Assembly (NCBI GenBank): GCA_964016885.1
Contig: OZ024764.1
Coordinates: forward strand, 7,068,001 to 7,132,000
From: Eledone cirrhosa
Lineage: Eukaryota
Direction of reading: 5' to 3'
DNA: 64,000 nucleotides
The first letter of the stretch is position 1; each line of letters begins with the position of its first letter. The position numbers and the translations under genes are program-made. This document shows positions 53,460 through 64,000 of this stretch, one piece after another. The notes under the pieces were generated by a model. It was not told where the DNA came from, searched no databases, and worked only from the letters and a program-made list of their open reading frames with translations.

Positions 53460-55936
53460 GTATTTACCTGTAAGTTTGTATTTACCTGTAGATATATGTA
53501 TATGTAGGTTTACACCTGTCTTGTCTCTATCTGTCTATATATTTACCTGTAGATGTGTGTATATGTAGGTTTACACCTGTCTTGTCTCTATCTGTCTATA
53601 TATCTACCTGTAAATGTGTGTATATGTAGGTTTACACCTGTCTTGTCACCATCTGTCTATATATTTACCTGTAGATGTGTGTATATGTAGGTTTACACCT
53701 GTCTTGTCTCTATCTGTCTATATATTTACCTGTAGATGTGTGTATATGTAGGTTTACACCTCTCTTGTCTCTATCTGTCTATATATTTACCTGTAGATGT
53801 GTGTATATGTAGGTTTACACCTGTCTTGTCTCTATCTGTCTATATATCTACCTGTAGATGTGTGTATATGTAGGTTTACACCTCTCTTGTCTCTATCTGT
53901 CTATATATTTACCTGTAGATGTGTGTATATGTAGGTTTACACCTCTCTTGTCTCTGTCTATATATTTACCTGTAGATGTGTGTATATGTAGGTTTACACC
54001 TCTTTTGTCTCTATCTGTTTATATATTTACCTGTAGATGTGTGTATATGTAGGTTTACACCTCTCTTGTCTCTATCTGTCTATATATTTACCTGTAGATG
54101 TGTGTATATGTAGGTTTACACCTCTCTTGTCTCTATCTGTCTATATATTTACCTGTAGATGTGTGTATATGTAGGTTTACACCTCTTTTGTCTCTATCTG
54201 TTTATATATTTACCTGTAGATGTGTGTATATGTAGGTTTACACCTCTCTTGTCTCTATCTGTCTATATATTTACCTGTAGATGTGTGTATATGTAGGTTT
54301 ACACCTGTCTTGTCTCTATCTGTCTATATATTTACCTGTAGATGTGTGTATATGTAGGTTTACACCTCTCTTGTCACCATCTGTCTATATATCAACCTGT
54401 AGATGTGTATATATGTAGGTTTACACCTCTCTTGTCACCATCTGTCTATATATTTACCTGTAGATGTGTATATGTAGGTTTACACCTCTCTTGTCTCTAT
54501 CTGTCTATATATTTACCTGTAGATGTGTGTATATGTAGGTTTACACCTCTTTTGTCTCTATCTGTTTATATATTTACCTGTAGATGTGTGTATATGTAGG
54601 TTTACACCTCTCTTGTCACCATCTGTCTATATATTTACCTGTAGATGTGTGTATATGTAGGTTTACACCTCTCTTGTCTCTATCTGTTTATATATTTACC
54701 TGTAGATGTGTGTATATGTAGGTTTACACCTCTCTTGTCACCATATGTCTATATATTTACCTGTAGATGTGTGTATATATAGGTTTACACCTCTCTTGTC
54801 TCTATCTGTCTATATATCTACCTGTAGATGTGTGTATATGTAGGTTTACACCTCTTTTGTCTCTATCTGTCTATATATTTACCTGTAGATGTGTGTATAT
54901 GTAGGTTTACACCTCTCTTGTCTCTATCTGTCTATATATTTACCTGTAGATGTGTGTATATGTAGGTTTACACCTCTCTTGTCTCTATCTGTCTATATAT
55001 CTACCTGTAGATGTGTGTATATGTAGGTTTACACCTCTCTTGTCTCTATCTGTCTATATATTTACCTGTAGATGTGTGTATATGTAGGTTTACACCTCTC
55101 TTGTCTCTATCTCTCTATATATCTACCTGTAGATGTGTGTATATGTAGGTTTACACCTCTCTTGTCTCTATCTGTCTATATATTTACCTGTAGATGTGTG
55201 TATATGTAGGTTTACACCTCTCTTGTCTCTATCTGTCTATATATCTACCTGTAGATGTGTGTATATGTAGGTTTACACCTGTCTTGTCTCTATCTGTCTA
55301 TATATCTACCTGTAGATGAGTGTATATGTAGGTTTACACCTCTCTTGTCTCTATCTGTCTATATATTTACCTGTAGATGAGTGTATATGTAGGTTTACAC
55401 CTCCCTTGTCTCTATCTGTCTATATATTTACTTGTAGATGTATGTGTGTATGTAGGTAACACGGTAAAAACCTCCCAGTCCACACTGTAAATGTGGTTGG
55501 TGTTAGGAAGGGCATCCAGCCGTAGAAAACCCGCCAGACAGTCCTATACGAGCAAGACAACCAATCTTGCCACAAGTGGGAAAACTCCCGTCCAAACCTA
55601 TGCTAGCGTGGAAGATGGACGTTAAACGATGATGATGATGATGATTATGTAGGTTTACACTATCTGTCTATATATTTACCTGTAGATGTATGTGTGTATG
55701 TAGGTTTACACCTCTATTGTCTCTGTCTATATATTTACCTGTAGATGTGTGTATATGTAGGTTTACACCTCTCTTGTCTCTATCTGTCTCTATATTTACC
55801 TGTAGATGTATGTATATGTAGGTTTACACCTCTCTTGTCTCTATCTGTCTATATATTTACCTGTAGATGTGTGTATATGTAGGTTTACACCTCTCTTGTC
55901 TCTATCTGTCTATATATTTACCTGTAGATGTGTGTA
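53460..55936. repeat. 61-bp satellite, about 37 copies, interrupted by an RTE/SINE 3' tail (55458-55645)
   Basis: Period 61 (53544 to 53605). Confidence 0.9.
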
Positions 55937-56680
55937 GGTAACTAAAGTGTAACATATGTTACCAATGGACGACTAAATATTTTAACTAATTTTTAAAACA
56001 ATTTATGGTGGAAAAGATTTCAAATTGTCTTAACTCTGGCAGCAACTCCTAGCGTCTGACACTCTTACCGGCTACATAGCCTCTTCCTAGTAAAAGCTGT
56101 AAGATTGTATTACATTTCTAAACATTTATACATCGTAATTTAGATAATCAGGAATAAAGTTGTTTATTTGTGTTGTTGTTAAAATCTGTTTAAGCTGAGA
56201 TATTTGAGACAATATACTGGACAATGGAATATCAATGTCTGACTTGCAACAACTAAAGTTTTCACTTTAATTAAAGGTGGGTTAATTACACATGATCACC
56301 ATAACGTTTTATATTTCCAATAATGAAAGAAATACGAAAATATATTTGTGATGTGAGAAGTGAGAAGTTTTAACATAAATCTACAATATTTGTAGACATA
56401 ATACCTCCTCCATCTCTCACACGTACACCAGGTCCCAACTCCCTCTGTCATCACCTCCATCTCTCACACGTACACCAGGTCCCAACAAGGAAGGGCCGAA
56501 CTCCCACTGTCATCACCTCCATCTCTCTCGCCCTCCTCCATCTCTCACACGTACACCAGGTCCCAACAAGGAAGGGCCCACCCCCACTGTCATCATCTCC
56601 ATCTCTCTCGCCCTCCTCCATCTCTCACTCGTGAGCAGTAAGAAGTTTTAACATAATTCTACAATATTTGTAGACATAAT

Positions 56681-56762
56681 ACTTACATTAGTTTCAGGTC
56701 TTTAAAACTTTGAGACATTTTCGACAACTACTTCCGGTGGAGTAGTCTACCACTGCGCATGG
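56681..56762 (-). promoter_or_regulatory. Candidate ZNF promoter / first exon
   Basis: Minus strand has CATGCGCA (NRF1-like), CCGGAAGT (ETS), AAAATGTC, and donor AAT|GTAAGT at 56686. Confidence 0.55.
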
Positions 56763-56907
56763 GCACTATGACAACTTAATTGTGTCTGCTTTTGGCACAA
56801 GGCCAGCAATTTAAGGGCAGTTGGAGTCGACTATATCGACCTCAGTGCGTTACTCAATACATGGTATAGTAGAGTATGAAAATACACTCTTGACAGGCGT
56901 AATGTGT

Positions 56908-57458
56908 TCGAACACGGAAGAGCCGAACTCCCACTGTCATCACCTCACCTCCATCTCTCTCGCCCTTCCCATCTCTCACACGTACACCAGCTCCGAACAC
57001 GGAAGAGCCGAACTCCCACTGTCATCACCTCCATCTCTCTCGCCCTCCCCATCTCTCACACGTACACCAGCTCCGAACACGGAATGGCCGAACTCCCACT
57101 GTCATCACCTCCATCTCTCTCGCCCTCCCCATCTCTCACACGTACACCAGCTCCGAACACGGAATGGCCGAACTCCCACTGTCATCACCTCCATCTCTCT
57201 CGCCCTCCCCATCTCTCACACGTACACCAGCTCCGAACACGGAAGAGCCGAACTCCCACTGTCATCACCTCCATCTCTCTCGCCCTCCCCATCTCTCACA
57301 CGTACACCAGCTCCGAACACGGAAGAGCCGAACTCCCACTGTCATCACCTCCATCTCTCTCGCCCTTCCCATCTCTCACACGTACACCAGCTCCGAACAC
57401 GGAATGGCCGAACTCCCACTGTCATCACCTCCATCTCTCTCGCCCTCCCCATCTCTCT
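56908..57458. repeat. 80-bp tandem repeat, about 7 copies (related copies at 56405-56630)
   Basis: Period 80 (57001 to 57081). Confidence 0.9.
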
Positions 57459-57489
57459 CTATTATGAGCAAATGGGGCCCCACATGCTT

Positions 57490-57762
57490 GCCGGCTCACA
57501 GCCCTGGCAGACAGAATGGAGAAGGCGTTTCCCCGGAGGATGGTAAGTGAGATGAGCTGGAAGAGCCATTCCATGTCGCGAAGCTCACACCTTCGGCGGG
57601 CCAGTCAGCACCTATGGTGGTAAGTAGGGAGGTAGCCCTAGGGCCAAGGATACCAGAAGTCTCCACTGCCAAGAGCACGACAGCAAACCTGTCAGAAAGC
57701 GACCGATACTTGGAGAGTTTGGCCTCCTCAGCCCGAAGTGCAGCAGAACCTAGGTTAGTCAC
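57490..57762 (-). pseudogene. Restriction-like endonuclease C-terminus of a CRE-like non-LTR retrotransposon
   Basis: AALRAEEAKLSKY..F..LAVETSGILGP, then after a frameshift WLFQLISLTILRGNAFSIL. Confidence 0.7.
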
Positions 57763-57879
57763 AGACTACACCAGGTTGAGAAAGTGTCTCTGGCCTCACT
57801 GTAAGCGGTACAGAGTTCTTCCCTCATCACCTCCATATTCTCCTTTCTCTCCTCCGCAGGATCAGCATAGAATTGGTCC

Positions 57880-58810
57880 TTGGCAGCTTTCATGTGTTCT
57901 CTGGCTGCACACACTTTTGGGCCTGCAGAGCTTACGTGCGTCCTCTTTTTCTCCTTAACACCAGGGTCTCACTTGCTTCCGCCACTGCATTGGTGAAGTA
58001 CCTGTACCTCCTCAGTCCCTCCAATCTCTCTCCACACAGAGCACTGAACCTGTTCCTCATTTCTACTGTGAACCTCTCCTGTAGCTTATCATCTTCCTTG
58101 AAAGCTCTCCGGGGCTGAGCCTTGCTCTTTCTTAAGCTCACCTGGACCTCACTCATAACAAGCCGATGGTCACTGCCCAGTGTACTGAAATAGTTGTATG
58201 GTTCTGTGTTCAGAGCACTATTCCGCCACAGAATGAAATCAGAGATGTAGGTCCACATCTTCCCCTGATTCTTCCTAAACCTTAGGTTGGTTGCCATCAA
58301 GTTCGCTTCTAGCAAGGCGTCTCTCAGTAGTCTTCCATTATGGTTGGTGTTGTTATGGAAGTACTAGCAAGGATCTTCACTGCTCTCCTTACTCAGATGT
58401 GCATTGAAGTCCCCCAGAACAAGCAGGATGTTGTGTGCTCTACACACTTCATGGAACTCTTCCGCACTCACATCACTGGCTCCCTCAGTTGGACTATAGG
58501 CTGAGATGACAGTCTTGGGTTTCCATTGAAGGTCACCCTCAACACTCGTGGGGAGACGGGTACGATTTCCCTCACCAATAGATTGGTTTTTGCATTGAAA
58601 ACAAAACCCACTCCTACTGCAGCATTCGTTGTGTTCCTCACTGCTGGTGAGCTGGCTCCTCTTCCCAATCATCACACTCCTCACAGGCTCATCGTGTAGG
58701 ATCCTGTGTTCTTGGACCACAAGTATCTGCATACCACTCTCCTCGAACAGATGACCCAACTCCTCTCCAATGTCCGAACAGTCCTCACATTCGGAGTGCT
58801 CATTTTAATG
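57880..58810 (-). pseudogene. APE endonuclease domain of a decayed LINE
   Basis: NVRT, VVQEHR, SAYSPT, LGDFNAH and SDHRLV motifs with frameshifts. Confidence 0.85.
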
Positions 58811-59414
58811 GCTCTTCAGAACAAAGGAGACGCACAAAACAAAGAAAAGAATCCCCAGTCACTGAAGAGGTCACAGAATGAGTGACGAAAGAACTTTGAC
58901 AATATATGAACAACCGTCCGGTTATGGAACCAACCAACCAACCAGAAATTTATAAATTTAATTTATAATAAATTGAAGTGAAAGCAACTGGTGCGTGTGT
59001 TTCTTATTGGCAACATGACCCTCCCAAAGTATAACAATATCGGTTTCAACACACGTTTCCAGATAAAGAATCTTGCTCAACAAATTCAGAATTTTTTTTT
59101 TCATATATATATATACACCATTGTCTGTGTTGAATGTGTGTGTATGTATGTATTTATATATATGCGACTACAATAACAGCATCAACGCCATTGTCTGCAG
59201 CAACAGCAGCAGTGAAATGAACAACAACAACAACAACAACGGCAGCAGCAGCAACAACAACAACAACAACAGCAACAGCAGCAGCAACTACAATAACAAC
59301 TACAGCAACAACAACTGCCACCACCATCACTGACCATCCACCACCACCACCATCACCATACTGACACCATCCACCACCATCCACCATCCACCACCACCAT
59401 TACCAGCGTAAAGC

Positions 59415-59575
59415 AAACTTCCAGCATAGTTACGTCCCTTTACGATCTGAGTTCAAATCCCGCCGAGGTTGACTTTGCCTTTCATCCTTACGGGGTCGAT
59501 AAAATAAAGTACCAGTAATGCACTGGGGTAATTGCTGGCCTTGTGCCTAAAGTAGAAACAATTATTATTATTATT
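59415..59575 (+). mobile_element. 5'-truncated SINE family B
   Basis: Near-identical to 23048-23190. Confidence 0.75.
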
Positions 59576-59664
59576 ATATAAAAACTGAACTGGACTGGGA
59601 AAGGTCAACAGTTGACATGATTTTGATTTTGTATTTGTATCAGTACTGATGGTAATATATATAT

Positions 59665-62600
59665 ATGTGTGTGTGTGTTTGTATGCATGAGTGTTGGTGT
59701 GTGAGTGGCGTGTGTGTGTGTGTGTTTGTATGCATGAGTGTTGGTGTGTGAGTGGCGTGTGTGTGTGTTTGTGGTTTGTATGCATGAGTGTTGGTATGTG
59801 AGTGGCGTGTGTGTGTTTGTGGTTTGTATGCATGAGTGTTGGTATGTGAGTGGCGTGTGTGTGTTTGTGGTTTGTATGCATGAGTGTTGGTATGTGAGTG
59901 GCGTGTGTGTGTTTGTGGTTTGTATGCATGAGTGTTGGTATGTGAGTGGCGTGTGTGTGTGTTTGTGGTTTGTATGCATGAGTGTTGGTGTGTGAGTGGC
60001 GTGTGTGTGTTTGTGGTTTCTATGCATAAGTGTTGGTATGTGAGTGGCGTGTGTGTGTGGTTGTGGTTTGTATGCATGAGTGTTGGTATGTGAGTGGCGT
60101 GTGTGTGTTTGTGGTTTGTATGCATGAGTGTTGGTATGTGAGTGGCGTGTGTGTGTTTGTGGTTTGTATGCATGAGTGTTGGTATGTGAGTGGCGTGTGT
60201 GTGTTTGTGGTTTGTATGCATGAGTGTTGGTATGTGAGTGGCGTGTGTGTGTTTGTGGTTTGTATGCATGAGTGTTGGTATGTGAGTGGCGTGTGTGTGT
60301 TTGTGGTTTGTATGCATGAGTGTTGGTATGTGAGTGGCGTGTGTGTGTTTGTGGTTTGTATGCATGAGTGTTGGTATGTGAGTGGCGTGTGTGTGTTTGT
60401 GGTTTGTATGCATGAGTGTTGGTATGTGAGTGGCGTGTGTGTGTTTGTGGTTTGTATGCATGAGTGTTGGTATGTGAGTGGCGTGTGTGTGTTTGTGGTT
60501 TGTATGCATGAGTGTTGGTATGTGAGTGGCGTGTGTGTGTTTGTGGTTTGTATGCATGAGTGTTGGTATGTGAGTGGCGTGTGTGTGTTTGTGGTTTGTA
60601 TGCATGAGTGTTGGTATGTGAGTGGCGTGTGTGTGTTTGTGGTTTGTATGCATGAGTGTTGGTATGTGAGTGGCGTGTGTGTGGTTGTGGTTTGTATGCA
60701 TGAGTGTTGGTATGTGAGTGGCGTGTGTGTGTTTGTGGTTTGTATGCATGAGTGTTGGTATGTGAGTGGCGTGTGTGTGTTTGTGGTTTGTATGCATGAG
60801 TGTTGGTATGTGAGTGGCGTGTGTGTGTTTGTGGTTTGTATGCATGAGTGTTGGTATGTGAGTGGCGTGTGTGTGTTTGTGGTTTGTATGCATGAGTGTT
60901 GGTATGTGAGTGGCGTGTGTGTGGTTGTGGTTTGTATGCATGAGTGTTGGTATGTGAGTGGCGTGTGTGTGTTTGTGGTTTGTATGCATGAGTGTTGGTA
61001 TGTGAGTGGCGTGTGTGTGTTTGTGGTTTGTATGCATGAGTGTTGGTATGTGAGTGGTGTGTGTGTGTTTGTGGTTTGTATGCATGAGTGTTGGTATGTG
61101 AGTGGCGTGTGTGTGGTTGTGGTTTGTATGCATGAGTGTTGGTATGTGAGTGGCGTGTGTGTGTTTGTGGTTTGTATGCATGAGTGTTGGTATGTGAGTG
61201 GCGTGTGTGTGTTTGTGGTTTGTATGCATGAGTGTTGGTATGTGAGTGGCGTGTGTGTGTTTGTGGTTTGTATGCATGAGTGTTGGTATGTGAGTGGCGT
61301 GTGTGTGTTTGTGGTTTGTATGCATGAGTGTTGGTATGTGAGTGGCGTGTGTGTGTTTGTGGTTTGTATGCATGAGTGTTGGTGTGTGAGTGGCGTGTGT
61401 GTGTTTGTGGTTTCTATGCATAAGTGTTGGTATGTGAGTGGCGTGTGTGTGTGGTTGTGGTTTGTATGCATGAGTGTTGGTATGTGAGTGGCGTGTGTGT
61501 GTTTGTGGTTTGTATGCATGAGTGTTGGTATGTGAGTGGCGTGTGTGTGTTTGTGGTTTGTATGCATGAGTGTTGGTGTGTGAGTGGCGTGTGTGTGTTT
61601 GTGGTTTGTATGCATGAGTGTTGGTATGTGAGTGGCGTGTGTGTGTTTGTGGTTTGTATGCATGAGTGTTGGTATGTGAGTGGTGTGTGTGTGTTTGTGG
61701 TTTGTATGCATGAGTGTTGGTATGTGAGTGGCGTGTGTGTGGTTGTGGTTTGTATGCATGAGTGTTGGTATGTGAGTGGCGTGTGTGTGTTTGTGGTTTG
61801 TATGCATGAGTGTTGGTATGTGAGTGGCGTGTGTGTGTTTGTGGTTTGTATGCATGAGTGTTGGTATGTGAGTGGCGTGTGTGTGGTTGTGGTTTGTATG
61901 CATGAGTGTTGGTATGTGAGTGGCGTGTGTGTGGTTGTGGTTTGTATGCATGAGTGTTGGTATGTGAGTGGCGTGTGTGTGTTTGTGGTTTGTATGCATG
62001 AGTGTTGGTGTGTGAGTGGCGTGTGTGTGTTTGTGGTTTGTATGCATGAGTGTTGGTGTGTGAGTGGCGTGTGTGTGTTTGTGGTTTGTATGCATGAGTG
62101 TTGGTGTGTGAGTGGCGTGTGTGTGTTTGTGGTTTGTATGCATGAGTGTTGGTGTGTGAGTGGCGTGTGTGTGTTTGTGGTTTGTATGCATGAGTGTTGG
62201 TGTGTGAGTGGCGTGTGTTTGTGGTTTGTATGCATGAGTGTTGGTATGTGAGTGTGTGTGTTTGTGGTTTGTATGCATGAGTGTTGGTATGTGAGTGTGT
62301 GTGGTTGTGGTTTGTATGCATGAGTGTTGGTGTGTGAGTGTGTTTGTGGTTTGTATGCATGAGTGTTGGTGTGTGAGTGTGTTTGTGGTTTGTATGCATG
62401 AGTGTTGGTGTGTGAGTGGCGTGTGTGTGTGTTTGTATGCATGAGTGTTGGTGTGTGAGTGGCGTGTGTGTGTGTTTGTGGTTTGTATGCATGAGTGTTG
62501 GTATGTGAGTGGCGTGTGTGTGGTTGTGGTTTGTATGCATGAGTGTTGGTATGTGAGTGTGTGTGTGTGTGTTTGTGGTTTGTATGCATGAGTGTTGGTA

Positions 62601-64000
62601 TGTGAGTGGCGTGTGTGTGTGTTTGTGGTTTGTATGCATGAGTGTTGGTATGTGAGTGTGTGTGTGTGGTTGTGGTTTGTATGCATGAGTGTTGGTATGT
62701 GAGTGTGTGTGGTTGTGGTTTGTATGCATGAGTGTTGGTGTGTGAGTGTGGTTGTGGTTTGTATGCATGAGTGTTGGTATGTGAGTGTGTTTGTGGTTTG
62801 TATGCATGAGTGTTGGTGTGTGAGTGGCGTGTGTGTGTGTTTGTATGCATGAGTGTTGGTGTGTGAGTGGCGTGTGTGTGTGTTTGTGGTTTGTATGCAT
62901 GAGTGTTGGTATGTGAGTGGCGTGTGTGTGGTTGTGGTTTGTATGCATGAGTGTTGGTATGTGAGTGTGTGTGTGTGGTTGTGGTTTGTATGCATGAGTG
63001 TTGGTATGTGAGTGTGTGTGTGTGTGTTTGTGGTTTGTATGCATGAGTGTTGGTATGTGAGTGGCGTGTGTGTGTGTTTGTGGTTTGTATGCATGAGTGT
63101 TGGTATGTGAGTGTGTGTGTGTGGTTGTGGTTTGTATGCATGAGTGTTGGTATGTGAGTGGCGTGTGTGTGGTTGTGGTTTGTATGCATGAGTGTTGGTG
63201 TGTGAGTGGCGTGTGTGTGTTTGTGGTTTGTATGCATGAGTGTTGGTATGTGAGTGGCGTGTGTGTGTTTGTGGTTTGTATGCATGAGTGTTGGTATGTG
63301 AGTGGCGTGTGTGTGGTTGTGGTTTGTATGCATGAGTGTTGGTATGTGAGTGGCGTGTGTGTGGTTGTGGTTTGTATGCATGAGTGTTGGTATGTGAGTG
63401 GCGTGTGTGTGTTTGTGGTTTGTATGCATGAGTGTTGGTATGTGAGTGGCGTGTGTGTGGTTGTGGTTTGTATGCATGAGTGTTGGTATGTGAGTGGCGT
63501 GTGTGTGTTTGTGGTTTGTATGCATGAGTGTTGGTATGTGAGTGGCGTGTGTGTGGTTGTGGTTTGTATGCATGAGTGTTGGTATGTGAGTGTGTGTGGT
63601 TGTGGTTTGTATGCATGAGTGTTGGTGTGTGAGTGTGGTTGTGGTTTGTATGCATGAGTGTTGGTATGTGAGTGGCGTGTGTGTGTTTGTGGTTTGTATG
63701 CATGAGTGTTGGTATGTGAGTGGCGTGTGTGTGTTTGTGGTTTGTATGCATGAGTGTTGGTATGTGAGTGGCGTGTGTGTTTTTGTGGTTTGTATGCATG
63801 GGTGTTGGTATGTGAGTGGCGTGTGTGTGTTTGTGGTTTGTATGCATGGGTGTTGGTATGTGAGTGGCGTGTGTGTGTTTGTGGTTTGTATGCATGAGTG
63901 TTGGTGTGTGTGTGTGGTTGTGGTTTGTATGCATGAGTGTTGGTGTGTGAGTGGCATGTGTGTGTTTGTGGTTTGTATGCATGAGTGTTGGTATGTGAGT
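59665..64000. repeat. 48-bp GT-rich minisatellite, about 90 copies, running off the window end
   Basis: Unit tttgtggtttgtatgcatgagtgttggtatgtgagtggcgtgtgtgtg with variable (GT)n. Confidence 0.95.

Noticed and set aside
59640-63982. Very long ORFs (485-1320 aa) rich in H/T or V/C
   Set aside because: Stop-free translations of a 48-bp minisatellite, open in several frames on both strands.

Overview
AT-rich, extremely repeat-dense animal genomic DNA. The combination of MPK...[11 protein letters not shown]2H2 arrays, RTE LINEs, tRNA-derived SINEs and long (TA)n tracts suggests a coleoid cephalopod such as Octopus (inference). Genes: two intact minus-strand tandem C2H2 zinc-finger ORFs (11 and 13 fingers), a decayed third paralog fragment, a candidate promoter/first exon about 7 kb upstream of the second ZNF, and a candidate plus-strand three-exon ORF at 6.2-9.3 kb. 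The rest is decayed LINEs (RTE, RTE-X-like, Tx1/L1-like, a CRE-like REL fragment), two SINE families, an internally deleted mariner, TTAA/CCCTTT MITEs, Helitron-like ends and more than a dozen tandem arrays. The main hidden signal is about 18 minimal type-I hammerhead ribozyme motifs from several sequence families. They have short, mostly palindromic stem III, and some are U3:A8 core variants. Most lie in ORF-less, (TA)n-anchored fold-back elements that look like Penelope-like pseudo-LTR remnants. A second pattern is that several unrelated retroelements have turned their own ORF2 C-terminus or 3' UTR into tandem satellites. All calls were made by eye; no folding or database search was run.
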